DNA of 64,000 nucleotides, from NCBI RefSeq assembly GCF_022045235.1, contig NW_027266274.1, forward strand, positions 3,782,001-3,846,000, written 5' to 3'. This DNA comes from Haliotis cracherodii (taxonomy: Eukaryota). Positions 1 to 13,600 of this stretch are shown piece after piece. The translations under genes and the position numbers were made by a program. How positions within the stretch are numbered: the stretch's first letter is position 1; each line of letters begins with the position of its first letter. The notes under the pieces were generated by a model. It did not search any database. It was not told the origin of the DNA and worked only from the letters and a program-made list of their open reading frames with translations.

Positions 1-495
1 TCTGTGTGTGGACCGGTGGGTACACTACCTCACCAGTCGGTGTGTGGACCGTGGGTACAGTACATCACCAGTCTGTGTGTGGACCGGTGGGTACACTACC
101 TCACCAGTCTGTGTGTGGACCGTGGGTACACTACATCACCAGTCTGTGTGTGGACCAGTAGGTACTCTACATCACCAGTCTGTGTGTGGACCATGGGTAC
201 ACTACCTCACCAGTCTGTGTGTGGACCGGTGGGTACACTACAGCATCAGTCTGTGTGTGGACCATGGGTACACTACCTCACCAGTCTGTGTGTGGACCGT
301 GGGTACACTACCTCACCAGTCTGTGTGTGGACCGTGGGTACACTACATCACCAGTCTGTGTGTGGACCGAGGGTACACTACCTCACCAGTCTGTGTGTGG
401 ACCATAGGTACTCTACATCACCAGTCTGTGTGTGGACCGTGGGTACACTACCTCACCAGTCTGTGTGTGGACCGGTGGGTACACTACCTCACCAT
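1..495. repeat. ~30-bp minisatellite (TCTGTGTGTGGACC(G)GTGGGTACACTACCTCACCAG); further arrays at ~2812-3322 and ~5422-6180
   Basis: Tandem units read directly from the sequence. They explain the repetitive ORFs in all frames. Confidence 0.95.
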
Positions 496-689
496 GATCT
501 TCTCTGAACCTATCAAATGCTTACTTTCTCATTTTGTCTTTTGAAGGATTGATCATTTTAATATTTTAATAAATAAACCCTTTTCCCCTTGTTATCTTAT
601 AGTTGTTTGTTTTACAGCATTTGATGACCATATAACTTCCAGTGTGTGATCATGTATAGGTTTTACTCTCCAGAGAAGGCGAATTATTG

Positions 690-1290
690 CTATGATATGG
701 CCCTGGCCTCAGTCTGATAGGGCCTAACAGCCTTGTTCTGATATAATGGCCTCGGTCTGATATGGCCTAACAGCCTTGGTCTGATATGGCCTAATGGCCT
801 CGGTCTTATATGGCCTAACAACCTCAGTCTGATATGGCCTAACAGCCTCAGTCTGATATGGCCTAACAACCTCGGTCTGATATGGCCTAACCGCCCTCGG
901 TCTGATATGGCCTAACAACCTTGGTCTGATATGGCCTAACAACCTTGGTCTGATATAGCCTAACAACCTTGGTCTGATATGGCCTAACAGCCTTGGTCTG
1001 ATATGGCCTAATGGCCTCGGTCTTATATGGCCTAACAACCTCAGTCTGATATGGCCTAACAGCCTCAGTCTGATATGGCCTAACAACCTCGGTCTGATAT
1101 GGCCTAACCGCCCTCGGTCTGATATGGCCTAACAACCTTGGTCTGATATGGCCTAACAACCTTGGTCTGATATAGCCTAACAACCTTGGTCTGATATGGC
1201 CTAACAACCTCGGTCTGATATGGCCTAACAGCCTCAGTCTGATATGGCCCTGGCCTCGGTCTGATATGGCCCTGATATGGTCAGGCCATA
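690..1290. repeat. 24-bp minisatellite (GGCCTAACAGCCTCGGTCTGATAT); further arrays at ~3515-3900 and ~6377-6835
   Basis: Tandem units seen directly. They give the 8-aa GHIRPRLL pseudo-peptides in the ORF track. Confidence 0.95.
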
Positions 1291-2549
1291 TTAGACCAAG
1301 GCTGTTACACAGGTTTCTGATATTGGTAGAGGGATGATGCCAGCGTGATACGTAAATGAATAAGGATATAAAGCGTTCATCACTTAATACTGACTGAGCC
1401 TTTGACATTTTCATGTTTAGCTTCTTTATGTCCATGTATTTCAGTTGGCCACTATAGTATAGTGAGTTTCACTCGTTGTCCCTTCTGACGTATTTTTAAT
1501 TTCAAGAAGCCAGTTTGTCAGTTTTTTTGCATTTCACGTCGCATTCAGGCTTTCTGTTAGTATTTATATTTTTCATACTCTTAGTGAATTTGCTTGTTTT
1601 TGAAACTTTGAATGAATGTTTTTAATTTTTTCATTTAATTGGTCTTGTTCAGACACTGTTACCTTCATGGGTACTGAAACTCGATCTTTATATCGAAACA
1701 AGTCCTTCAATATTCGGCCTGAGTTCAGAATCCTGGAGCACTGATGTTGGAGACATACCGAACAATGTGTCAACTTCTGACAGCACAGGCCACAGTTTTT
1801 TTCAAAATGGTGTCACAGACCAATTTTAGTGATATTGTTGAACATTGTTAATGTAAAATATAACAGTTTATTATAGAAGTACTGTAATTTTACAGTCAGT
1901 CGAACGGTCACTGATTGGACAGCAAATTTAATATCATGCAATCATCTGCACCTGAGGGGATTACGGCTAAAACTGCAGTATGATACAGTAGTTGTGTTGG
2001 TATATATGTATTGTAGGTTAAATCCAGATCCTATCTAGATTATACAAAAGCAAGTTTAACCATCAGCATCAGGAAAATAGTTTTTTTAGAGGAGAGAAAT
2101 GTAGGGCCTATTGTATAATAAGATTTCATAGACAACATGTGGCAGTGCCATATTTCTTTATATTAGAATCATGAGTTAATAAAGAAATGGGGGGGACAAT
2201 AATTTGTCATTCAATATGTAATAATCCCGAACCATTCTCCAATTTTGAACCAATTTGGCATTTATTTCATCACTCTCTTACTTTCTCACATGTAATCAAG
2301 CAAAATGTCACCACAATACACATACATATATATTTTTATCATTATCAAATTTTATGCTTCACAGATTCCAGTCTGTGACCTAGCAGTGAGATGTGCACTA
2401 TGGTAACCATGGTAACACTCAGACTTGATGAGCTCATGACATGAAACCCTGATTGTTATGCAGTTCTATAAATGAACTTCTTCCGTGGGTCATTATTATG
2501 TTGCTATGATAATATACCCATATCAGTTGTCACTATTATATGTACACAT

Positions 2550-2790
2550 GGAGATCCGGGTTAGAATAGGTCTTCAGCAAACCCATGCTTGCCATAAGAG
2601 GTGACTAACGGATCAGGTGGTCAGGCTAGCTGATTTGGCTGATGCATGTCATCGTATCCCAATCACATGCATCAATGCTCATAATGTAAATCACTGGATT
2701 GTCTGGTCAAGAATCGATTATTTACAGACTGCCTTCATATAGCTGGATTATTGCTGAACGTGGCGTTAAACAACAAACAAACAAACAAAT
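2550..2790. mobile_element. ~250-bp dispersed SINE-like repeat family; other copies ~5157-5398, ~11991-12247, ~12700-12955, ~21322-21517, ~39866-40128, partial ~41440-41540 and ~52326-52470
   Basis: Shared core (…CACTCAGCAATATTCCAGCTAT…GTCTGTAAATAAT…CCAGACAATCCAGTGATT…CCCGTTAGTCGCCTC…) occurs in both orientations, with a (CAAA)n/(TTTG)n end. Confidence 0.8.
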
Positions 2791-5700
2791 GTTACTATTA
2801 TATTAATGAAATGACACTACCTCACCAATCTGTGTGTGGACCGGTGGGTACACTACCTCACCAGTCGGTGTGTGGACCGTGGGTACAGTACATCACCAGT
2901 CTGTGTGTGGACCGGTGGGTACACTACCTCACCAGTCTGTGTGTGGACCGTGGGTACACTACATCACCAGTCTGTGTGTGGACCAGTAGGTACTCTACAT
3001 CACCAGTCTGTGTGTGGACCATGGGTACACTACCTCACCAGTCTGTGTGTGGACCGGTGGGTACACTACAGCATCAGTCTGTGTGTGGACCATGGGTACA
3101 CTACCTCACCAGTCTGTGTGTGGACCGTGGGTACACTACCTCACCAGTCTGTGTGTGGACCGTGGGTACACTACATCACCAGTCTGTGTGTGGACCGAGG
3201 GTACACTACCTCACCAGTCTGTGTGTGGACCATAGGTACTCTACATCACCAGTCTGTGTGTGGACCGTGGGTACACTACCTCACCAGTCTGTGTGTGGAC
3301 CGGTGGGTACACTACCTCACCATGATCTCTGAACCTATCAAATGCTTACTTTCTCATTTTGTCTTTTGAAGGATTGATCATTTTAATATTTTAATAAATA
3401 AACCCTTTTCCCCTTGTTATCTTATAGTTGTTTGTTTTACAGCATTTGATGACCATATAACTTCCAGTGTGTGATCATGTATAGGTTTTACTCTCCAGAG
3501 AAGGCGAATTATTGCTATGATATGGCCCTGGCCTCAGTCTGATAGGGCCTAACAGCCTTGTTCTGATATAATGGCCTCGGTCTGATATGGCCTAACAGCC
3601 TTGGTCTGATATGGCCTAATGGCCTCGGTCTTATATGGCCTAACAACCTCAGTCTGATATGGCCTAACAGCCTCAGTCTGATATGGCCTAACAACCTCGG
3701 TCTGATATGGCCTAACCGCCCTCGGTCTGATATGGCCTAACAACCTTGGTCTGATATGGCCTAACAACCTTGGTCTGATATAGCCTAACAACCTTGGTCT
3801 GATATGGCCTAACAACCTCGGTCTGATATGGCCTAACAGCCTCAGTCTGATATGGCCCTGGCCTCGGTCTGATATGGCCCTGATATGGTCAGGCCATATT
3901 AGACCAAGGCTGTTACACAGGTTTCTGATATTGGTAGAGGGATGATGCCAGCGTGATACGTAAATGAATAAGGATATAAAGCGTTCATCACTTAATACTG
4001 ACTGAGCCTTTGACATTTTCATGTTTAGCTTCTTTATGTCCATGTATTTCAGTTGGCCACTATAGTATAGTGAGTTTCACTCGTTGTCCCTTCTGACGTA
4101 TTTTTAATTTCAAGAAGCCAGTTTGTCAGTTTTTTTGCATTTCACGTCGCATTCAGGCTTTCTGTTAGTATTTATATTTTTCATACTCTTAGTGAATTTG
4201 CTTGTTTTTGAAACTTTGAATGAATGTTTTTAATTTTTTCATTTAATTGGTCTTGTTCAGACACTGTTACCTTCATGGGTACTGAAACTCGATCTTTATA
4301 TCGAAACAAGTCCTTCAATATTCGGCCTGAGTTCAGAATCCTGGAGCACTGATGTTGGAGACATACCGAACAATGTGTCAACTTCTGACAGCACAGGCCA
4401 CAGTTTTTTTCAAAATGGTGTCACAGACCAATTTTAGTGATATTGTTGAACATTGTTAATGTAAAATATAACAGTTTATTATAGAAGTACTGTAATTTTA
4501 CAGTCAGTCGAACGGTCACTGATTGGACAGCAAATTTAATATCATGCAATCATCTGCACCTGAGGGGATTACGGCTAAAACTGCAGTATGATACAGTAGT
4601 TGTGTTGGTATATATGTATTGTAGGTTAAATCCAGATCCTATCTAGATTATACAAAAGCAAGTTTAACCATCAGCATCAGGAAAATAGTTTTTTTAGAGG
4701 AGAGAAATGTAGGGCCTATTGTATAATAAGATTTCATAGACAACATGTGGCAGTGCCATATTTCTTTATATTAGAATCATGAGTTAATAAAGAAATGGGG
4801 GGGACAATAATTTGTCATTCAATATGTAATAATCCCGAACCATTCTCCAATTTTGAACCAATTTGGCATTTATTTCATCACTCTCTTACTTTCTCACATG
4901 TAATCAAGCAAAATGTCACCACAATACACATACATATATATTTTTATCATTATCAAATTTTATGCTTCACAGATTCCAGTCTGTGACCTAGCAGTGAGAT
5001 GTGCACTATGGTAACCATGGTAACACTCAGACTTGATGAGCTCATGACATGAAACCCTGATTGTTATGCAGTTCTATAAATGAACTTCTTCCGTGGGTCA
5101 TTATTATGTTGCTATGATAATATACCCATATCAGTTGTCACTATTATATGTACACATGGAGATCCGGGTTAGAATAGGTCTTCAGCAAACCCATGCTTGC
5201 CATAAGAGGTGACTAACGGATCAGGTGGTCAGGCTAGCTGATTTGGCTGATGCATGTCATCGTATCCCAATCACATGCATCAATGCTCATAATGTAAATC
5301 ACTGGATTGTCTGGTCAAGAATCGATTATTTACAGACTGCCTTCATATAGCTGGATTATTGCTGAACGTGGCGTTAAACAACAAACAAACAAACAAATGT
5401 TACTATTATATTAATGAAATAACACTACCTTACCAGTCTGTGTGTGGACCGGTGGGTACACTACCTCACCAGTCTGTGTGTGGACCGGTGGGTACACTAC
5501 CTTACCAGTCTGTGTGCGGACCGGTGGGTACACTACCTCACCAGTCGGTGTGTGGACCGTGGGTACACTACATCACCAGTCTGTGTGTGGACCGTGGGTA
5601 CACTACCTTACCAGTCTGTGTGCGGACCATGGGTACACTACCTTACCAGTCTGTGTGTGGACCGGTGGGTACACTACCTCACCAGTCGGTGTGTGGACCA

Positions 5701-7807
5701 GTTGGTACTCTACAGCATCAGTCTGTGTGTGGACCATGGGTACACTACCTCACCAGTCTGTGTGTGGACCGGTGGGTACTCTACATCACCAGTCTGTGTG
5801 TGGACCATGGGTACACTACCTCACCAGTCTGTGTGTGGACCGTGGGTACACTACATCACCAGTCTGTGTGTGGACCTAGGGTACACTACCTCACCAGTCT
5901 GTGTGTGGACCGTGTGTACACTACCTCACCAGTCTGTGTGTGGACCATGTGTACACTACCTCACCAGTCTGTGTGTGGACCGGTTGGTACACTACCTCAC
6001 CAGTCTGTGTGTGAACCAGTGGGTACACTACCTCACCAGTCTGTGTGTGGACCGGTGGGTACACGACCTCACCCGTCTGAGTGTGGACCGAGGGTACACT
6101 ACCTCACCAGTCTGTGTGTGGACCGAGGGTACACTACCTCACCAGTCTGTGTGTGGACCAGTGGGTACACTACCTCACCATGATCTTCTCTGAACCTATC
6201 AAATGCTTACTTTCTCATTTTGTCTTTTGAAGGATTGATCATTTTAATATTTTAAGAAATAAACCCTTTTCCCCTTGTTATCTTTTAGTTGTTTGTTTTA
6301 CAGCATTTGATGACCATATAACTTCCAGTGTGTGATCATGTATAGGTCTTACTCTTCAGAGAAGGCGAATTATTGCTATGATATGGCCCTGGCCTCAGTC
6401 TGATAGGGCCTAACAGCCTTGTTCTGATATAATGGCCTCGGTCTGATATGGCCTAACAGCCTTGGTCTGATATGGCCTAATGGCCTCGGTCTTATATGGC
6501 CTAACAACCTCAGTCTGATATGGCCTAACAGCCTCGGTCTGATATGGCCTAACAACCTCGGTCTGATATGGCCTAACAGCCTCGGTCTGATATGGCCTAA
6601 CAACTTCGGTCTGATATGGCCTAACAGCCTCGGTCTGATATGGCCTAACAACCTTGGTCTGATATGGCCTAACAGCCTCGGTCTGATATGGCCTAACAGC
6701 CTCGGTCTGATATGGCCTAACAGCCTCAGTCTGATATGGTCTAACAGCCTCAGTCTGATATGGACTAACAGCCTCAGTCTGATATGGCCCTGGCCTCGGT
6801 CTGACATGGCCCTGATATGGTCAGGCCATATTAGACCGAGGCTGTTACACAGGTTTCTGATATTGGTCGAGGGATGATGCCAGCGTGATATGTAAATGAA
6901 TAAGGATATAAAGCGTTTATCGCTGACTGAGCCTTTGACATTTTCATGTTTAGCTTCTTTATGTCCATGTATTTCAGTTGGCCACTATAGTATAGTGAGT
7001 ATCACTCGTTGTCCCTTCTGAAGTATTTTCAATTTCAAGAAGCCAGTTTGTCAGTTTTTTTGCATTTCATGTCGCATTCAGGCTTTCTGTTAGTATTTAT
7101 ATTTTTCATACTCTTAGTGAATTTGCTTGTTTGAAACTTTGAATGAATGTTTTTAATTTTTTCATTTAATTGGCGACTGATTGCTGTTTAAGCTGCAGTG
7201 AGCAATGTTCCACCTTACAGCCACCTGTAAACAAGACAAAAAATGAGCAGGGCACACTAACACCCCCAACTTCGACTCCCACATATTTCTGAGTTCAAAA
7301 CATGAAAAATGTAATATTTCTCAGACAAATTTGCTTATCGAAATCAAAACTTTGCACTGCACCTCACCTGATGGTGTAGAAACTGTACCCCAAATTGGAA
7401 AAGAATCCAAGAAGTGGTTCTCAAGTAACAGGTTGCACAAATGTTTCAGTAAAAACATCCAAACATTGAAATCAAACTTCACACTGCACCTCTCCTATAG
7501 GCATAAAATGTGTTCAAGTTTGAAAAGAATCTATGCAGTAGTTTTCAAGTTATGGGTCACACCAAAAATGTCCTCAGAAGGACAGACAGACAGAATTCCT
7601 TGGTATTACTATATATCCCCGCCCTTTTAGGTCAGGAGTATAATGACCTAGTCATGGCCATGTAAATCAGTGAATGACAGCACCAGCAGAAATCCACACC
7701 CTCGAAGTACAGTGTCACACAGTCGGCCACATCACACATTGTATCCACCAGATCATTAGGACCTCAGTAAGTGCCACGCCCCTTGACCAACTTCTACAAC
7801 AGTCTGT

Positions 7808-8970
7808 AGGCTCTATAATGTACATGACAGTCTGTATATAAGCCTTAGGAGCACCCTGTACTAGGCTCTATAATGTACATGACAGTCTGTACATAAGCCT
7901 TAGGAGCACCCTGTACTAAGCTCCACAATGTACATGACAGTCTGTATATAAGCCTTAGGAGCACCCTGTACTAAGCTCCACAATGTACATGACAGTCTGT
8001 ATATAAGCCTTAGGAGCACCCTGTACTAGGCTCTATAATGTACATGACAGTCTGTACATAAGCCTTAGGAGCACCCTGTACTAAGCTCTACAATGTACAT
8101 GACAGTCTGTACATAAGCCTTAGGAGCACCCTGTACTAAGCTCCACAATGTACATGACAGTCTGTATATAAGCCTTAGGAGCACCCTGTACTAAGCTCTA
8201 TAATGTACATGACAGTCTGTACATAAGCCTTAGGAGCACCCTGTACTAAGCTCCACAATGTACATGACAGTCTGTATATAAGCCTTAGGAGCACCCTGTA
8301 CTAAGCTCTATAATGTACATGACAGTCTGTACATAAGCCTTAGGAGCACCCTGTACTAAGCTCTATAATGTACATGACAGTCTGTACATAAGCCTTAGGA
8401 GCACCCTGTACTAGGCTCTACCATGTACATGACAGTCTGTACATAAGCCTTAGGAGCACCCTGTACTAGGCTCTACAATGTACATGACAGTCTGTATATA
8501 AGCCTTAGGAGCACCCTGTACTAGGCTCTACAATGTACATGACAGTCTGTACATAAGCCTTAGGAGCACCCTGTACTAAGCTCTACAATGTACATGACAG
8601 TCTGTATATAAGCCTTAGGAGCACCCTGTACTAGGCTCCACAATGTACATGACAGTCTGTATATAAGCCTTAGGAGCACCCTGTACTAAGCTCTATAATG
8701 TACATGACAGTCTGTACATAAGCCTTAGGAGCACCCTGTACTAGGCCCTATAATGTACATGACAGTCTGTATATAAGCCTTAGGAGCACCCTGTACTAAG
8801 CTCCACAATGTACATGACAGTCTGCATATAAGCCTTAGGAGCACCCTGTACTAAGCTCTATAATGTACATGACAGTCTGTACATAAGCCTTAGGAGCACT
8901 CTGTACTAGGCTCTATAATGTACATGACAGTCTGTATATAAGCCTTAGGAGCACCCTGTACTAGGCTCTA
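7808..8970. repeat. 55-bp minisatellite, ~21 copies
   Basis: Unit AGGCTCTATAATGTACATGACAGTCTGTATATAAGCCTTAGGAGCACCCTGTACT with few variant positions. Confidence 0.97.
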
Positions 8971-10214
8971 GCATGGCAGGTTAATCTTGTGTCAGGCATG
9001 TAGTTTAGAACTTGTTTATTTACGTGTCGATTTATATGTCACAATAAGATGCAGTTTATTTGAATGAGGACCTGAAGAGTTCAGTCAGGGCCTGCAGCTT
9101 CTTAAGTTTGTGGGTCCCGATTTTTTCAAACACAGACTTACAGAAAACACAAGATATAAAAGAGATATGTTTCATGTCTTTTGAATCAAGTTTACTTTTT
9201 CCTGCTCAATCTCTGGCGACAAATTCAACTTGTTGTGTATGGTTTTAATAGCCCCCCACTTTGTTAATTTTCAAAGTGCCCAGGGCACTTATTATGGCGA
9301 ATACAGTACCAGTAGTTGGTTCCTTGGCATTGGGTACAAGGGACCCAGGCTGTCCTTGGGGTCGTATGGGGTACTAAGGAAAGTTATGTGCTAGATTCCC
9401 TTGGATGGCTTCATACTGAGAAAGAGTTTCGGGAATGAGTGAGTATGCAATTTAGTCACTTGTTCAAAATGCCAATTCTAATAGTGGTAACATTAAGACT
9501 CTATTCTTCTCAAAATAAATTTGGGCTAGTAATGAAAAAAGGTTTTGGCTCAGACACTGAATGTTGTTTACACTACCGTCAACAGTATTCATACAATATC
9601 ACGGTGACCTGATAGATTAAGAAAGTTTAGAATGATTTGGCAAGTCTAGATTTCCTCAGCTCCACCTGAAATTATAGAGTGCCCTGGGCTCCATTTGGGT
9701 TTTTATTTATTTTAATTTCGTAGATACCTATATAATTTTGCGGAAGATATCTTTATTTCTTGGACTAAAGGTCAGTCTAGGTAACCAGTAAATATTCATG
9801 TCTGGACCCGAAAAACCATTGTCAATAGTTCATAGGTTTGTAAAACTTTGTATTTATATCTTATCACCCATTAATACAAATGGCTGCTTTGCATTCGAAT
9901 AGGTATTTTAACCTCTGTCTGGTTACAGCAAGAGGACAACATCATGCCAGTGCTCAGACCAACGACCACTCAGATTACATTGCAAAAAGGCTAAATAGGC
10001 AATGGTAGGGATTAAACCGAACAATGCAGTGGTTGATATTATGACCACCATCTGAAATCACCAAGCTAGGATGACATGCAACTAACTGTCGCCAAACATG
10101 CAACTAACTGTCGCCAAGCTTGACCACTCAATTCAATTTAGTCCACAAGGAGTTCCCCACATGGGAAATATTTTTACGTGTACATTGTTGAGAAACTGAA
10201 CTGCAAAAGTCACT

Positions 10215-10525
10215 TGTCTACAGCCAGGTAACATTGACCTGTCTACAGCCCTGATGACATGGAGTTGCCAGGTAATATTGACCTGTCTACAGCCCTGATG
10301 ACATGGAGTTGCCAGGTAACATTGACCTGTCTACAGCCCTGATGACATGGAGTTGCCAGGTAACATTGACCTGTCTACAGCCCTGATGACCTGGGGCCCG
10401 TTCCACAAAGCCATCTTAGCACTACGACTGACGGAAGTCTATGTTAAAGTATGGGAGTTACGATCATCTTAGCGCTACGATCGCTTTGTGGAACGGGCCC
10501 CTGGAGTTGCCATGTAACACTGACA
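10215..10525. repeat. 44-bp tandem repeat (~4-5 copies) interrupted by a MITE
   Basis: Unit CCAGGTAACATTGACCTGTCTACAGCCCTGATGACATGGAGTTG. Confidence 0.9.
10394..10500. mobile_element. 107-bp MITE, PIF/Harbinger-like; a related copy starts at ~63960 and is cut by the window end
   Basis: TIRs GGGCCCGTTCCACAAAGC…GCTTTGTGGAACGGGCCC flanked by a 3-bp CTG duplication (10391-10393 and 10501-10503). A CWG target and GGGCC ends fit the Harbinger superfamily. Confidence 0.8.
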
Positions 10526-10694
10526 TAGGAGCAGAACTAATCCAGCAGGCAGGGCAAAGAAGTGTGACAATGATTCAGCAGGCTAAAGGTTAATGATATC
10601 CTGAATGTTATGTTTATTTAAATTTGAATCTGAGCTGTAACCAAGAACAAACCTATCCAAGATGAGCTGGATGGCTCCAGAACTTGGCACTGCA

Positions 10695-13600
10695 TCACTC
10701 TGTTTGTATTTTGTTACATCTTTGCTGCCCTAGCTGTGAGTCCAGTTTAATTAGCTGTTGTAGGAAACCTGTATTTGGGCACACCTCTCGATGGCTCCTG
10801 ACAAATCGGAGAGCATCTTTGACTGTCATGTGACGTTTGAGCATCAGGAATGCCACAGCCAGTGTGGCAGATCGACTTACTCCTTGTATACAGTGGACCA
10901 GGATTTTACCTGCAAGTCAATTTATGCATTTAAACAAAATACTACAATGATCTTTTGAAACTATTCCATTCTGACTGGTCAATCTGAAGGTTCAAATCAT
11001 CACTATAATCACCCCTGATTATATTAGGTTTCTAAGTGCACAACACATTCTTAATCCCAAAACCTGAAATTTGGATAAGCATATGTATTAAAACTGCTTT
11101 TCAAATCCTCAGTTTTGTTTAGTGCACATTTGTAAAAAGACCTTTCCAAGATGATAACAGATATGCTATAACAGGCCTTGGCGAATGTCATAGGTGCTTC
11201 ATCAACAAACAAACGCCAGGAGAGACACAAGTCTTCTGCTAAATTACATAGTAGGGACCCACCATTCGATAAAAGTCTTTTGAAATTGTCCCTGAAAATC
11301 GTGAAAAAACTAATTATACTTCAGACTGTAGAAAAAAATAATTGAATGCCACAAAAATTACATTGTTGCAAGGTTTCTATCAAAAAGCAGTGGTTGATAG
11401 CATGAGCAATGCAAGCAATCAGCAGTAACAAAACACAACCTTCCAATCTTCAGTAGTCAGCTCTCAAAAGCTTGGGGTACCGGGAAACTATTCTTTTCTT
11501 GACACCCAACTTGGATACTGTATGAGAGCAGAATGGTACTATGTTCACTAACTTCATGCACTCAGCCGTGTGGGTGGAAACTTACCCCCGTTGTCCAATG
11601 CCTTCTCTATGAAATCAGCTGACTCTTGGAAGAAAGGGTAAAGGTTAAAACTCATATGATCGATGGCTTCAATGCCCTTGAAAGTAACCTTGATCTTCCT
11701 ATACATGTCCTCATTGGTGTTTACATGGTAGATATCAACGCCATGGGCAGCATTCAGGATGTGAGTGACTCCGAGCCTTCGGAGCTGCACCAGATCACGG
11801 GCGATCGACCTTCAATAAGAAAGGGTACTTGATGATTCACATGGAGGTCAATGAGACTGCCTAACAAATCATGTTGGTTGAAGCTACTCATAAAGTGACC
11901 TATTAGTAATAATAGTATTACTCTATCCTACATAAACATTTTATTGACTCTTCACCTTGACTCTTGTTGCGACCTTCACCCTGGTTGGTGGGTTTGTTGC
12001 TTAACGCCGCACTCAGCAATATTCCAGCTATAAGGACGGCGGTCTGTAAATAATTGAATCTGGACCAGACAATCCAGTGATTGATATCAAGAGCATCGAT
12101 CCGCGCAATTGTGATCGATGACATGCTTCAACCAAGTCAGTGAGCCTGACCACCCGATCCCGTTAGTCGCCTCTAACGACAAGCATAGTCACCTTTTAAA
12201 GCAAGCAATGGTTGCTGAAGACCTATTCTACCCCGGATCTTCATGGACCTTCACCTTACTCAAGAGAACTTCAAATGGTCCAAGAACTACTAAGGTATCA
12301 GGTTTAAGCAAGTAAAATAGCGATGAAAACAATATTCCAATATTTCTTTTGCTAAAATATAATCCTACTTTTTAAGATTGATACTGATACATTATCCAGT
12401 GAATTTGACCTTTGGCACATTGGAGATTCCTAATTAAATTACCTGGCAAAGCATTTTGTTTGATAGCTTTCAGAAAAGAATTTTTTAATATATTTGGAAT
12501 TAAAGTGAAAGTGTCATGAAAAAAGTAATAGATTTTCTTATATAATTTACAATACGATGGCCAAGAAAAAAAAGGCATGAAAACGTAAACTCAATTAAAA
12601 GTATGTATTTTGAGGTCTTTATTTGTAACAATCCAAACAATTCTTAAAAGTACAAAGAAGGAGGTGGGGCTTAATTAGCACGGCTGGCTAGGCTTTTTTA
12701 TTTGTTTGTTTGTTGTTTAACGCCTCACTCAGCAATATTCCAGCTACATGACGGCGGTCTGTAAATAATCGAATCTGGTCCAGACAATCCAGTGATTGAT
12801 ATCATGAGCATCGATCCACGCATTTGTGATCGATGACATGCTTCAACCAAGTCAGTGAGCCCGACTACCCGATCTCTTTAGTCTCCTCTTACGATAAGCA
12901 TAGTTGTCTAAGCGTGGGTTGCCGAAGGCCTTCCGGTAGTCTACCCTGGATCTGCAAGCTGATTGGGTATTACCACCAGCCGGGTACAGAATACACGCGA
13001 TCGTTTCATTAGTTGTGGGGAGACATGTATATGTAATTAACAACAAAAGTTCCTGTGACACCAATATTTTAGAGTATTTTTCAAAGTAAAAGTAAAAGTT
13101 TTTCAAGTAAAGTTTGGCTTTCAATGTTGTAGCCTCATGCATTTCACTACCCAAGAATGGGTATAAAAATTTCCATATGCATTGTTAAGCATCGTGCTGA
13201 CAACAACCACTCAGAAAAACAACAAAATTACGCAATTATTCAACATTACGAAATGCCACGCCTGTCTGAAAATGAGCGTCTGCGAGCCATTGGCATGCTT
13301 GAAGCAGGATCGAGTCAACGTGATGTTGCAAGACAATTTAACGTCCACAGAAACACCAGTTGGTGTTTATGGCAACATTGGCAAAGGAGGAATGCAGTCA
13401 GAGACCATCCTTGGAGTGGCAGGCCACGCATAACCAATAATCGACAAGACAACTGGATTTGAACAACATACCTATGTAATCTATTCCAGCCAGCAACAGT
13501 GACAAGCAGTGGTGCAGACAGCGTTCTCACCTCAGCCACAGCGATGGACGGATTCGAGTGTACCGACGTCGAGGTGAATGTTACATCAATCATTGTGTCA

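Larger units (their letters stand above)
1..7172. repeat. Tandem segmental triplication of a ~2.6-2.8 kb unit (copies ~1-2828, ~2829-5436, partial ~5437-7172)
   Basis: Identical ORFs recur at fixed offsets (1573/4181, 2187/4795 and 2751/5359, all 2608 bp apart). Copies 1 and 2 are near-identical apart from a 3-bp indel and minisatellite copy number. Copy 3 is more diverged and breaks off near 7172. Confidence 0.95.

Noticed and set aside
2355-2410. Possible terminal exon of an upstream plus-strand gene
   Set aside because: Only an acceptor-like site and a few codons are visible, so it cannot be supported without the upstream window.
4-6807. Long repetitive ORFs (PHQSVCGP…, GHIRPRLL…)
   Set aside because: They are open in several frames and on both strands, and are simply translations of minisatellites.
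7808-8970. Regular arrays (also 15570-16117 and 27667-28390) as possible CRISPR arrays
   Set aside because: They are head-to-tail repeats with no unique spacers, there are no cas genes, and the context is eukaryotic.
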